Shown: in pieces, positions 14,679 to 30,086 of the stretch
How positions within the stretch are numbered: position 1 is the first letter of the stretch
How the letters are laid out: every line of letters starts with the position of its first letter
NCBI RefSeq assembly: GCF_009914755.1
Contig: NC_060936.1
Source of the DNA: the human T2T-CHM13v2.0 reference genome, Homo sapiens
Reading direction: 5' to 3' (one strand)
DNA length: 64,000 bases
Position numbers and translations under genes: made by a program
The notes under the pieces: generated by a model
Seen by the model: only the letters and a program-made list of their open reading frames with translations
Database searches by the model: none
Told to the model about the DNA's origin: nothing

Positions 14679-15557
14679 TAAGTCTTTGACTCTTGTTTCT
14701 TCTTTGCTTAAGTCTTTCTTAGGGTTTAATGGACCTTCGCTGGGCACCTTTTATGTGCCAGCTATCACAGTGACATTTTCAATTAGTGAATAAGGGTTGG
14801 TTGAACAACCACTTGCATACCCAGTGACACCCCTGAGGAGATGTAGCTGACATTAAGTCTGGTATAAGTCAGCAGTGTGATATACTGCCCATAAAAAGCC
14901 AGTAGGTGGTATTGGTGTGGCTGCTGTTGGTCCTGTACTTGGATCAGTCCCTATGGGATGGGGTTAAGAAATAGGATTTTGCCTGTTCTGCTGTTTAGCA
15001 AGCTGAACTTTGGTTTTTCTTGTGTAGACAGTGTTCTAGATGTCTTTTCTGCATTGTTAATTGGAGGTGGCGTGAGGACTAATTTGAACAGTTCTTTGTA
15101 TGGATTGTTTATTAACAAATAATGTTTCAATCCTATAGTCCACAACACTTTGTTTACACCTCTTTTTATAGTGTTAAAATTTGACTTAGTTTTTTAATAT
15201 GTGTCTTCTCATCAAATATTTTATAAATTCTTTGATGACTTGGGGGTCTTATTCAACTTTTTATCCCCCCTAATGATTAACATAGTGTATTGTACAGAGT
15301 AAACATTTAGTTAACGTTACCGAATGAAATTGTTGACTGACTTGTTTTTAGTTTCTTTTTTTTCCCTTGCGGGAAACAAAGTCCCGGGGTAAGAAGTGAT
15401 TCCTAACACTTCAGCAGCCAGTACGGCCAGGTTTCTTTAAAGGGCCTCAGCCTCAGGATTCCCTGATAATGCAGAACATGAAGTATACTGGATTTCTAAC
15501 TTAAAGTAGTCCTTAAATTGTGTAGAGTAATGACAGCAGAGCTGTCAACTTTTTTAA

Positions 15558-15743
<186 letters not shown>

Positions 15744-15823
15744 TAAATCATTGCTGTTTAAAAGTTCAAGTAGTATGAATTTCAGTACTGTTATGAAAAC
15801 CATCTTATCACGTAAAGCTTTGA

Positions 15824-16072
<249 letters not shown>

Positions 16073-16719
16073 TGAAACATGATTTCAGTGAGAAGGGTTT
16101 ATCACAGATATATGTAGAATTAAAAGGTTTTCTGATTCCCTGCATCCAGAACTAGGGGTGTGTGTGATGTTTTGACGTTTTGATTGATTGCCTTCTGTTT
16201 GCAGGGAACTGTGCTATGGGGCTTCGGAGTTGGCTAGACCATGTTACTATTGGCATTCAGATACTTAAAGTTTCTTTGGGGCATCATTGAGTTATACAGA
16301 AACCATCACAGATTTCTGCCAAAGGAATCATACCTGTGTCATCTACCATGGTTAAAGGACCATCTTTCTTTCTCACCCCTTGCACTGCAGTGGTTTTGTG
16401 CCACTCTTAAAGGGGCAATGTGAAGGCTCAGAATGACAGGGATTAATATTTGCCAGGGAAGATGCCTATTCACACAGTGCTTATGCTCCTTTTACTCCCA
16501 GAAATGCCATACCTAGAGACTGACCACTGTAGTTTGGAGTCAGTCTGTAGCCTAAGTGAAACGTGTTCATTATCAGGGACGCAGAAGGGATATCAGTGTC
16601 TGGCCGTGCGCTTAACATTTGGATTCTGCCATATGGAAGCCTGTTTGGAGTCATACTGATAAGGACAAGAGAGTTCCTTGATAATGGTTCCAAGTTTTTG
16701 ACTCACCACATTAGTTTAC

Positions 16720-17830
16720 TGGATAAACTATTCATTAAGCACCTACTGTGTGTCACATATTGTGTTAAGCACTGTGGCTACGGTAGTAAATAGAGAGAAA
16801 ATAAGAGAGAGAATGCTTGTGCCTGCCTCTGCCCAAACATTCATAAAATCATCAGAATTTCATGACTGGAAGGGAATGGGAGGTGTCAATGGTGAGGAAG
16901 AGAGAAGAGTCAAAGATGTCCAGCCCTCTGGCTGAAGCCACTGGGTAGATGATAGTACTGTTGAATAAGATGGGAAATGCTTGGGAGGGACTAGGCTGTA
17001 GGGCAGTGAGTCTTAGCCTTAGTTGCACATTAAAACCACTGAGGGAGCTTTTAAAAATTCTGATGCCTAGGCTGCGCTCCAGACCAATTAAAACAATTTC
17101 TGGGGTTGCAACTTCAGCACCAGTATTTTTTAACTCTGTCTAGGTAATTCTGAGTGCAGCAAAGATTGAGGAGCACTATTTTACTTGAGAGAATGGAAGA
17201 TGATTGAGTTTTGGACTCACGTTTCAGGTGCATTTCAGATGTGTGTCAATCTTCCAAGTAACTGGTATATAGGGTTTCTGATCCTGGAGGTCAGAAGAGA
17301 GGTCTGGGTTGGAGACAGAAATGTGGGAGTTACCAGCATTTGTTGTTAATTTAAGTGATGAGAGAGGATAAGATGGCTGAAGATTGAGAAGGTAGTTTCA
17401 GATTGGGCCCAGAACATACCAATGGTTAGTAATCTGGTAGAGAAGGAGGCACCTGCAGAAACCCAAACCAATCAAACAGAAAGACTAAGCAGGACATGAT
17501 AAGGCGGAAGGGAAACCAGGAGAGTACAGTGCTAGGGAAGCCATGGCCAGACAGTCTCACAGGAGGAAGTGAATACTTATGAATGCCATTGAGAAGTCAA
17601 GCAAATGTTAACTGTAAAGTCTCCTTGGATCTACTGACATGGAGGTCATTGGTGATCTTATCAAGAATAGATTGAGTGCAGTGGTTGGAGCAGAATCCAG
17701 AATGCGGGTGCGTGAAGAGTGAGTTGGAACTGAGGAAGTGGGAATGGTAAGGGTAGGTACATTTTCAGGTAGCTTGACTGGCAAGAGGAAGATGAAAGAC
17801 TGAGAGGATAGAAGCTGGAGGGGGATGTGG
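16720..17830. mobile_element. Degenerate L2 region interrupted by MER5A (about 17003-17177)
   Basis: attcattaagcacctactgtgtg L2-end motif, purine-rich L2-like body, MER5A motif gagctttta...ctgatgcc; boundaries approximate. Confidence 0.55.
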
Positions 17831-19370
17831 AGTTGGTATGTTTTTTTTTAAGGTAGAGGATCTACATTGTTTACATGCTGGTAGGGAGATGCTGGTAAAA
17901 AGAGTGAGGCTGAGGATGTGGAAGAGAGAGTAAATTGGACAGGTTCCTGAAAAAGTGAAAGGACATGAGCTCTAAAGCATTGAAAGTGGCACTGTTCCTC
18001 CCATCAGGTAAGAGAGGAGGAGAAAATTGTGCTTTATATACCGGGGTTTGTAGATTTAGTGGTGAGAACTTGAGGTGGTTTTTCCTCTACTGTCTTACAT
18101 TTTCTCTTTTATTAGAAGGCAGAGTCATTTACTGGAAGGAAGAGAAAAGAAAGGGATGTCTGAAATTTGAATACAGTAGAAAATGTTTCAAATTGTCTCA
18201 TGGGAAAGTAAGTTAATTAGAGGAAAACACGGTTTTTGGGAAATGTTGAGGGCCTGGTTAAAATTGGAGGCATGAATTTATAGTGGTACCAATTCATGGT
18301 TTTTATTGATTTATTTTCCTGCCAGCTGCTCAAGACAGTGTGAGTGCATGGCCCAAGGGAGGCCAATGGAGTTCTTCTAGGATTAGAATTTTGCCTGGTG
18401 GCTAGAGTAAAGGACAAAGGGACAAGGTAGTTTACAATATTGGCAAGAGAGTGATGAGAAGATGGTCTATGGAACCTAATCTGGAATTCAGAGGGAAGGA
18501 CAGGAACAGTCGGAAGAGTTGATACAGGGGAAGCAGAATCAGTGCACTAGAGTTCTTGAGAAGGTTGAGAAACAGGTATCCCAGGAGCAGATGAACAAAG
18601 AACAAGCAGGCTGGAAATTGTAGGAAATGGACATCCAAGAGCAGGATGTCTTCATTTAATACCTCAGAAGAAGAGCAATTCCAGATGTTGATACAGTAGG
18701 TGGTGTAACCAAGTTAAGAGTGGTAGAGGTGGAAGGAAGAGGAGGTCGTTGGAGTTGAGCAGCTCAAGAACCTGAGAAGTCCAAGCCCACTTGGACATCA
18801 TGTCACCTCCAGTGGTGGTGGAAGTAGAAAGGAAGACTGAATTAGGTGCTGATATCTTCATCGAACAAGAAGACTTGCCTAGGAGGCTAGTAGATGATAA
18901 CAAGTAAGGATGGTACAGCAATTGAGATTAGGAGGATTAGTGACTCTATCCCCAACCTCCTTTGGATATGTAGGTACTGGTGACACTTCCATTATTGCAG
19001 CCTGCTGCCACCATACTGTCCTTTTTCTAACAGGCTGCTAGATGGTTGACACAAACCAGAGAATCTGTAAATAGAAGGAAAAATGGAGGCTGAAGAAATT
19101 CTGCTTTGATTTTTCTCCTTCTTCAATGTAAGCTTCCCTTAAAATAAAAAAATTGGAAGAGACCCAACCCAATCTGTAAGGTGCAGGACATTTTTGTGGA
19201 TTATATTTTTTAAAAGTTCTGTGTAACTGAGTTTTATGAATTACATGATTACCTTTATCTGGAGGAAAATATCGCCTTTGAAATACAAGTCATGTCTTAA
19301 TAGTGGAAAGAATGGATGCTTTATTCACTTGTCTCTAAACTCAAAACAGGTTTATTTGGTTATTGTTTAG

Positions 19371-19514
<144 letters not shown>

Positions 19515-20182
19515 TAACCAAGTTGAAGCTGCTCAAGCTAACAGTTTTCTCTGATTGACAGACTAAGGATATATTTTTTCTTTCCCAGTTGCCTTTTCCT
19601 CCCCTAAGTTTATATTTTCATAGTCAATGTAGTCTTTGTTATATTCCATATCAAAAGAAGCAACTTAGATTAATGGAAAGAGCATGAACTTGGGAGTCAG
19701 AGACTTGAGTTTAAGTCTTGGCCCAGCTAACTCTGTGACCTTGGCAAATATTCGAATATCACATGGAATAGTTTCTCTATCCTAAAATCCCCTGTGTTAT
19801 ATGTATTGATTCTTACCCTCCTACCCACCCCTAACCCCAGACAACCACTGATCTTTTTATTGTCTCTATAGTTTTGCCTTTTCCAGGATATTACATATAT
19901 GGTTAGAATCATTGCAGTATGTAGCCTTTTTAGGTGGACTTCTTTCACTTAGCAATATGCATTTAAGGTTCTTTCATTTCTTTTCATAGCCTGATAGCTC
20001 ATTTCTTTATATAGCTAAATAGTATTCCATTGTGTATATTCCATTGTATTGGATATTGGTTTATCCAATTTAGATGTTTCTATCTTGTTTTTCCCCCTGT
20101 TGCTTGTGTCCACCTAACATCTGTAATAATTTCTACTTAAAAAAAATTGTGGCAAAATATACATAGTATAAAATTTCCCATC

Positions 20183-21958
20183 TGCTATGGGCTAAATTGC
20201 GCCCCCTCATAATTCGTATGTTGAAGCCTTAACACCATTGTGAATTTATTTGGAGTTAGGACTTTTGGAGGAAATTGAGGTTAAATGAGGCCATAAGGGT
20301 GAGGTCGTAATTCAGTAGGATTGGTGACCTTATAAGAAGAGGCAAAAAGAGAGATCTCTCTCTCCCTGTGTGCACATACTGAGGAAAGGCCATATGTGAG
20401 GACACAGCAAGAAATCTGCTGTCTACAAGCCAGGAAGAGAGCCCTTATCAGGAACCAAACTGGCTGGCACTTTGATCTTGAATTTGCCAGCCTCCAGAAC
20501 TGTGAGAAAATACATTTTTATTGTACAAGCCACCCAGTCTATGGTATTTTGTTATGGTAGCCTGAGCAGACCAAAATAGATTTTGGTACCAAGAAGTGGG
20601 GTGCTGCTGTAGCAAATACCTAAAAATGTGAACGTGCCTTTGGAACTATGTAAAGGTAGAGGCTAGAAGAGTTTTGAGGTACCTGGTAGAAATATGGACG
20701 TTAAGGGTGATTTTTGTAAGGTCTCAGATGGAAATGAGTAAGATGTCATTGGAAACTGGAGGAAAGGTGATCCATATAATAAAATGGCAAAGAAATTGGC
20801 TGATCTGTGTGTGTTCTAGTGGAAGGTAGAACTTGTGAGTGATGAAATTGTTTATTCAGCTGAGAAGATTTCTAAGTACAAAGTATTGAAGAAATGCCTT
20901 GGTTCCTCCCGACCGCTTACAACAGAATAGAAAAAGAGAGAAAGTGGAAATGAAGAAGGACTTGTTAAGCAAAAAGAAACCAGAACCTGAAGATTTGGAA
21001 AATTCTCAGCTTATCCATATTGCAAAAAATGAGAAAGCTTGTTTTGAAGAGAACACTAAGAGTGTGGCTGAACAACCATTTGATGAAGAGATTGTGGATG
21101 CGACTCACCAACTAACAAGCTATCTTGGCAGAAGCCAGGAATAGAGATGAGATTACATCAGCAAAGTCACCACCAGTTTGAACTAGAAGGGGCAGAATGA
21201 AAGAAGCCTGTCTGACTTCTGATATCCTACAGGACCAGACCACAGAGCTATTTGGCTGTGAATTTGAGCTATTCTTCAAGAAAAGGGAAGAATGACCCCA
21301 AAAGGGGTTCAGAGATGTTTAGAACTATCTCTTTGGTTTCAAAGGATGGGGCCATTGCCTCAGTTTAAACACCACATGGCCTTTGTCAGAGGCCTTGGAG
21401 GTGGGACCACCCAGAGTCTTGGAGGTACAGCTGCCTGATCCTTGGGGCTACAGCCCCCTGGAACCTTTGAGGTGTTGACCCTCTGCCCAGGAGAGCTATT
21501 GGGGTGGGGCTGCTGCCCCAGTAGGTCCTAGAAGTTAGAACTACCGCTTCAGTGGGTCCTGAAGGTGAGACCACCACCTCTGTGAATCTAGAAGGCAATG
21601 CATCTAGGCAAAGAAGATTATTGATTTTTAGTAGCCACCCTAATAGGTGGTGTTTCATTGTGTGTGTGTTTTTATTAGATTCTAAAATCTAATAGAATTT
21701 ACCTTGCTAAGTTTTGGACTTACTTGGGAGTTGTTACCCTTTCTTTCTTACGTCTTCCTTTTAGAATAGGAATGTCTATCTTATGCCTGTCTCACGGCTG
21801 TATTTTGGAAGCACATAACTTGTCTGGTTTCACATGTTCATAGTTAGGAATTTTGCCTCAGGATGACCCACACCTTGAGTCTTACCTATATCTGATTTAG
21901 ATAATATTTGGATGCGACTTTGGAGTTTAGAGTCTTGAGACTAAGACAAGATTAAGAC
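20183..21958 (+). mobile_element. MLT1A-like MaLR: 5' LTR (20183-20578), internal sequence and remnant 3' LTR end
   Basis: tgctatgg...gttatggtagcctgagcagac LTR; internal start gattttggtacc; terminal gactaagaca. Confidence 0.7.
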
Positions 21959-22644
21959 CCTTTTAACTATTTGTAAGAGTACAGTTCAGTAGTATTAAGA
22001 TATTTACATTGTTGTACAACCAATCCCCAGAACTTTTTCATCTTGTAAAACTGAAATTCTGTACCCCTTAAACAACTCTCTGTTCCCTCCTTCCCCCCAG
22101 CCCCTGGCAACTACCATTCTGCTTTTGGTTTCTATGAATTTGACCACCTCATATAAGTGGAATCATACAGTATTTGTCTTTTCGTAGCTGGCTTATTTGA
22201 CTTAGCATAATATGCTCAAGGTGCATTCCTGTTGTACCACGTGATGTGATTTCCTTCCTACTGAAGGCTGAATAATATTCTGTGATATGTCTATACCACA
22301 TTTTGTTTAATAAGCCATCCATCAATGGATACTTGGATTTCTTCCCACTTTTGGCTATTGTGAATAATGCTGCAATGACCATGGATGTACGAAATATCCC
22401 TGATTTCAGTTATTTGGTGTATGTACTGAGAAGTGGAATTCTGTAGCATATGGTATATCTATTTTTACTTTTTCGACAAGCCACCATAGTGTATTCCACA
22501 GTGGCTGCACCATTTTACATTGCCACCAACAGTGCACAAGGTTTCCACTTTCTCCAGATCTTTGTCAATATTTGTTATTTTCTGTTTTTTTTTTTTTTTA
22601 TAATAGCCATCCTAATAGTTCTAAGGTGGTATTTCATTGTGTGT

Positions 22645-22940
22645 GGTTTTTTTGTTTTTGTTTTTGAGATTGGGTCTTGCTCTGTCACCTAGGCAGTGAT
22701 ACAATCACAGCTCACTGCAGCCTTGAACTCCTGGGCTCAGGGGATCCTCTTGCCTCAGTTTCCTACATAGGTGGGACTAGAGGTGTGTACCACCACACCT
22801 GGCTTAAAAAATATATATATTTTTGTAGAGACAGGTCTTGCTCTCTTGCCCGGGCTGGACTCAAACTCCTGGCCTCAAGCAGTCTTTTTGCCCCAGCCTC
22901 CCAAAGTTCTAGGATTATAGGCATGGGCCACCACGCCTGG
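22645..22940 (-). mobile_element. Alu (AluJ)
   Basis: Diverged reverse-complement Alu. Confidence 0.85.
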
Positions 22941-23813
22941 CAACAATGTGGTTTTGATTTATGTTTTCCTAATGATTAGTGATGTTGAGCATCTTTTCAT
23001 GTGCTTTTTGGCTACTTTATTATTTGGAGAAATGTCTGTTCATGTCCTTGGCTAATTTTTAAAATTGGGTTGTTTATTTTTTGTTATTGAGTTGTAGGAG
23101 TTTTTTTATTTATTCAGAACATTAAATACTTATCAGATATGTGATTTGTAAAATTTTCTCTCATTTTTTAGTTTGTCTCTTCACTCTGTTAATTGTGTTC
23201 TTTGATGCACAGAAGTTTTAATTTTGATGTAGTCAGGCTTATCTATTTTTACTTTTGTTGCCTGTGCTTTTAGTATTGTATCTAAGGAGTCGTTGCCAAG
23301 TCCAATGCCATGAAGCTTTCTCCTTTTGTTTTTGTCTAAGAGTTTTAGAGTTTTAGCTCTTAGGTTTAGGTCTTTGATCCATTTTGACTTAGTTTTTGTA
23401 TATGGTATGAGGTAAGGGTCCAATTTTATTCTTTTGCATGTGGTTATCCAGTATGTTAGTTATCTTTCCCCATTGAATGGTCTTGGTGCTTTTGTCAGAA
23501 ATCATTTGACCATATATGCAAGAGTTATTTTTCTCTATTCCATTGCTCTGTATGTTTTTCTTTACGCCACTGTTTTGATCACTACACTGTTTTGATTACT
23601 GTGCCTTTGTAGTAAGTTTTGAAATCAGAAAGTGTGTGAGACTTCCAAAAATTTGTTCTTTTTCAAGATTGTTTTGGCTATTTAAAGGAATCCCTTTAAA
23701 TGTCATATGAATTTTAGGATGGAGTTTTCTATATTTTTGCAAAAATAAAAAGCCATTGGGATTTTGATAGGGATTGCATTAAATCTGAGATTGCTTTGGG
23801 TAGAATTGACATA

Positions 23814-24765
<952 letters not shown>

Positions 24766-25288
24766 TTATCTCACCTTTTTTTCAAATAGCAGAATAATTG
24801 TGCCAGCACCATATATCAACTAATATTTCCATCAGGCCCTTTTTCTGGGTTATCTGTGCTGTATCACTCATCTGTTGATACAGCAGCAGAACTCATCTAG
24901 ATATTAACTAGATAGACAGCTCATCTGCCATATCAACAGATGAGTATCATAAGGAGGAAGAGTTCCATGTTTCTCCTTAGAATGGGTGCAGCTAGAGTCC
25001 AGTCTTGGTCGTAGCGATGCATTTAGCATTGCAGAGCAGACTAGTTGTCTAGACATTTGACCTCTTTTCTTTGCTCTTCATGGTTTTAAACATTTGGCCT
25101 TTTTATTTTCCGAGTTTATTATCTGAAAAACTAATGACTGCCTTTTGTAAGTGCATTCACTTCCTCAGAGTCAGCTACATTCATTATATTATTTCTATTA
25201 TGCACAATAATTATGTTAATCTTAAGACTGTTGGATCTTACAGCAATTTAAGCCTTCTCAGTATAGTTCTCATTCTTTCTTCCGCTAG

Positions 25289-25356
25289 GTATGCATCGGT
25301 TTGGTCCTATACCCCTTGGTTCCTTGGGCTGGAAGACAGTTAAACAACCAGTATAT
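25289..25356 (+). CDS. NDUFA9: NDUFA9 exon 7
   Basis: ccgctag| ... TAT|GTAAGT; 68 nt; [23 protein letters not shown]. Confidence 0.96.
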
Positions 25357-25914
25357 GTAAGTACTTGGATGAAGGGGGTCAGAAAGGGATTTTTGATGAA
25401 TTCAGATTTGAGTGATCAAGTTTCTGGTTTTGTCCTAATTTAGTAACTCTGTCATTTTCTTTGTCAACTTGTGTCAGCTAGCTGCCTCTTAGTTTACTTA
25501 AGAGGTACATGCCTTCTCTGTGTCTTCACTTGTTCATTTAAGAAAAAGTTATTGAACTCATAATGTGCTAGACACATCATACATGTCACATGTCACTAGG
25601 GAAATAAAGATATTAACTAGATAGACACAAATTGCTGTTCTCAAATTGCTTTCAGTCTGAGGCAGATAAATAAAGCAGTTATTGTACAACGTGATGAGTG
25701 CTATGATAAGGAGAGGGTTTTATGTAATTACATCAGAAGGGCACCTAATCTAGACTTGGGCATTTCAAAAGGAAGGGCATTTAGGGTAAAACCTTAAAGA
25801 TGACTAAAGGTAAGCCTGATGAAAGGAGTTGGGGAAGAGTATTGCATGCAGAGGGAACAGTATATACAGGGGCCCAGAGGTGAAAGAGCATGTTGGATTC
25901 CATGTTAGATTGAA

Positions 25915-26105
25915 CCAAGTTTTCTCAGTAGTGGCACTATTGACATTTTGAGCCAGATAATTCTTCGTTATGGGGGTTGTTAAAGGGTGTTGGGCAGCAT
26001 TCCTGGCTTCTAGCCACTAGACGCCAGTCACACCACCCTTCAGTTGTGACAACTGAAAATGACTCTAGACAGTTGTCAAATGTCCCCTGGGGGCCAAAAT
26101 CACTA
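25915..26105. mobile_element. MER20-like hAT MITE
   Basis: ggcactattgacatttt...caaatgtcccctggggg consensus. Confidence 0.75.
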
Positions 26106-26437
26106 TTACTATTACTGTTTTTGAAAATCAAAATGGTAGAATATTAGCAATTCCATGTGGTTAAGCCTAATAGCTTGTGATGGTTAATAAGAGAGTTGGG
26201 AATGGTAAGAGATGAGCTTGGCAAGTTGTGGGCAAAAGCAAATCAGAGGGGCCTCAAGCTATCTGAAGGTAAGTGCATTCCTACTACAGAAAGTACTTGG
26301 ATGAGCCTTGGATTATGCGTACTTGGAAAATACTTGGATAGCGGTGATTATTTGAGCTCTTGAGAAGGCTCATTCTTTTAAGAAGCTTTCTGGGAATAGA
26401 TAATGCCATTATTTTAACTTCACATTTTCTTTGTTGA

Positions 26438-26650
<213 letters not shown>

Positions 26651-29600
26651 TAAGTGCTTAGAGTTTGAATTTTAAATTGTGCTATTATAATGAAGGAATC
26701 AATATCTAAATTAGTTACTAACAGATTTATTTGTTGCACTTTTACAATATCAGAATCTCCTCATTGCTTGCATTAAATCAGAATTTGAGGGAATCTGGAA
26801 TCTACTTTAATGAATGATTCTTCTGTTACCAAGGTCTGAGAACCACTGCCCTAGACTATTACATATACTTAGTCCAGTGACCCTTAGGGATGGTTTTGTA
26901 CTACTCCAGTGATGTTTTTAATATATAAAAGGATATTGCTGTAAATTCTAAAACACAAACAAAACACTTTTAGGGAGTGAGTATGGTTATAAAACCACAT
27001 TAATTTTGATGGAGTATCACAATGCCTCCAGAGGCTGAAAAACGGGTGGTTTATAGCACAATTACTAGTGCTGTGCGAGATTGATTATTTCTTTTATGCT
27101 CTTTGCTAAAATTTGCTTTCAGAAAAAAGGGGTACAGTTAAGCTATGTGGCTTACCTGAAATTACTAAATCATGTGACAGCTAAGCTTAGGAATTTTTTT
27201 GCTGAATTAACTAAAAGTCAAAAACTAAGACTTCATTTGCCAAGTTGAGAGGTATCAAATTCACCTGGTAAGTGGTTCATAACCCTGTGATTCTGTGAAG
27301 CAAACTAGTGACACTTGACATCTATGAAAGTTAAGGATCTGGCTCAGTAATTAAGGGATAGCCTAATTCATAAGAAATGTTTGCCTCTAGAGGAAAATGA
27401 CACTGTTCTCTTTAAGCCAAGAGGCATAGAATATACTCCCAGAATTCTGAATCTATACATTGTTATGTTCCACTATTATTATTTAATACATAATTTTTTT
27501 CAGTGTGAAAGTCTTGGTTTTCCATGTCAACTAGCAGCTGCAAAATATATTTCTCCTTTTCAGTTCCCAGTTTGGTACATTAGCATGCAATCAGTTATAT
27601 AGTCTAGATAAGAATTACAATTCAATATATTCAATACAGGTTTCATAAAATACTACACAAAAGACATTAGTTCCAGTGAAGAGGTACATGGACTAGGATT
27701 TCAGGGAATAAATGAGCGGAAATGGCTTTGTGAACTTTACTTGCTCTAGCTCTGGATGAGTTGCACATTTTCCTTTTTACCTTTGCCCAGCCATTATCCT
27801 TTTGTCTGGGCTCCAGTAAGTCATTCTTGTTTGGCGTAACGATGGGAAAAATAATACTAGACATTGCAGTGTAGATATTTTTCCTCTTGAAATTGTAGAT
27901 ATGTATCTACACATTTCTCATCTCTTCAGCCCCAGGAAAAAACTTTGCTTCTTTCTCTGATATTTTGAGGCTAAGGCAGTGGCATAAGACTATAATTTTC
28001 CTCCTAGGTTTTTTGTAATTATGAATTATATTATGTTGGTCCATTCTATTTGCCATTCATTCATAAAATACCTATTGATACACACTCATACAACATTACA
28101 CACAACTGTGATGATGAATAAACACATTCAGCAAAATCATGATGTATAAGATCAGCATAGAAAAATCAATATATACTAGTAAATGAACAATGTGAAAATA
28201 AAATTAAGAAAAGAATTTTATTCACAGCAGCATAAAAAATAATAGAATATTTAAGTATAAATTTAACAATTAAATTTATTATATTATACCTAATAAGTAA
28301 TGACATACCATGTTCATGGATTGAATGAGTCAGTATGATTAAAATGATAATTTCCTTCAAATTGATTGACAAATTCAACTTAATTCTATCGAAATTCCAA
28401 CAGACTTTTTTGCAGAAGTTGATAAATTGATTCTAAATTTATATGGTAATGCAAAGACCCACAATAGACAAAACCATTAAGTTTCATAATTTCAAAACCT
28501 AATAGCTATAATTATCAAGATAGTATGGTACTGACATAAGAATTGACGTATAGATGAATTAACCAGAATTGATAGTTCAGAAATAAATCTTTATGGACAA
28601 TTGATTTTTGAAAAAGGTGCTATGGCATTTCAAAGGGGAAAGGATAGTCTTTTCAACAAATGGTTTTGGGATATCCACATTAAAAAAAAGATGAACTTCG
28701 ACTCCTACCTTGCTCTGTACATGAAAAAATTAAAATAATTCAGAGACTTCAGTGTAAGAGTTATAAAACAAGGATTGGTGGCAAGATGGCTGAATAGGAA
28801 CAGCTGCAGTCTGCAGCTGCCAGCAAGATTGACACAGAAGGCGAGTGATTTCTGCATTTCCAACTGAGGTGCCTGGTTCATCTCATTGGGACTGGTTGGA
28901 CGGTGGGTGCAGCCCAAGGAGGGTGAGCCAAAACAGGGTGGGGTGTCGCTTCACCCGGGAAGCATAAGGGGTCGGGGAACTCCCTCTCCTAGCCAAGGGA
29001 AGCCATTAGGGACTGTACCATGCACTCTGGCCCAGATACTGCGCTTTTCCCATGGTCTTTGCAATCCGCAGACCAGGAGATTCACTAAGGTGCCCATGCC
29101 ACCAGGGCCCTGGGTTTCCAGCACCAAACTGGGCAGCCGTTTGGGCAGACACTGGGCTAGCCGCAGGAGTTTTTTTTCCATATCCCAGTGGCACCTGGAA
29201 CGCCAGTGAGACAGAACCTTTCACTCCCCTGGAAAGTGGGCTGAAGCCAGGGAGCCAAGTGATCTGGCTCAGCGGGTCCCACCCCCACAGAGCCCAGCAA
29301 GCTAAGATCTACTGGCTTGAAATTCTCGCTCCTAGCTCAGCAGTCTGAGTTCAACCTGGGACGTATGAGCTTGGGAGGGAGGGGCGTCCACCATTGCTGA
29401 GATTTGAGTAGGTGGTTTTCCCCTCACAGTAAACAAAGCCACCAGGAAGTTCAAACTGGGCAGAGCCCACTGCAGCTCAGGAAGACACTGTGGCCAGACT
29501 GCCTCTCCAGATTCCCTCCTCTCTGGGCCAGGCATCTCTGAAAAAAAGGCAGTAGCCCAAGTCAGGGACTTATAGATAAAACCCCCACCATCCTGGGACA

Positions 29601-30086
29601 GAGCATCTGGGGGAAGGGGCAGTTGGGGGTGCAGCTTCAGCAGACTTTTAACATCCCTGCCTGGCAGCTCTGAAGAAAGCAGCAGATCTCCCAGCACAGC
29701 ATTTGAGCTCTGATAAGGGACAGACTGCCTCCTCAAGTGGATCCCTGCCCCCGTGTATCCTGACTGGGAGATACATCCCTGTAGGGGCCAACAGACACCT
29801 CATACAAGGGAGATCTGGTTGGCATCTGGCAGGTGCCCCTCTGGGACGAAGCTTCCAGAGGAAGGAACAGGCAACAATCTTTGCTGTTCTGCAGCCTCTG
29901 CTAGTGATACCCAGGCAAACAGGGTCTGGTGTGGACCTCCAGCAGACCTGCAGCAGAGGGGCCTGTTAGAAGGAAAACTAACAAACAGAAAAGAATAGTA
30001 TCAACATCAACAAAAAGGACGTCCACTCAGAGACCCCAGCCGAAGGTCACTGACTTCAAAGACCAAAGGTAGATAAATCCATGAAG

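Noticed and set aside
25286-25294. AG|GTATGC at the exon 7 start as a recursive splice site
   Set aside because: AG|GT is common at exon starts (also exons 2 and 8), and the introns are short.
26291-26340. 14-mer aagtacttggatga shared with the exon 7 donor region (25359-25372), plus local tacttgga repeats
   Set aside because: Several 14-mer matches are expected by chance in 64 kb; not significant alone.
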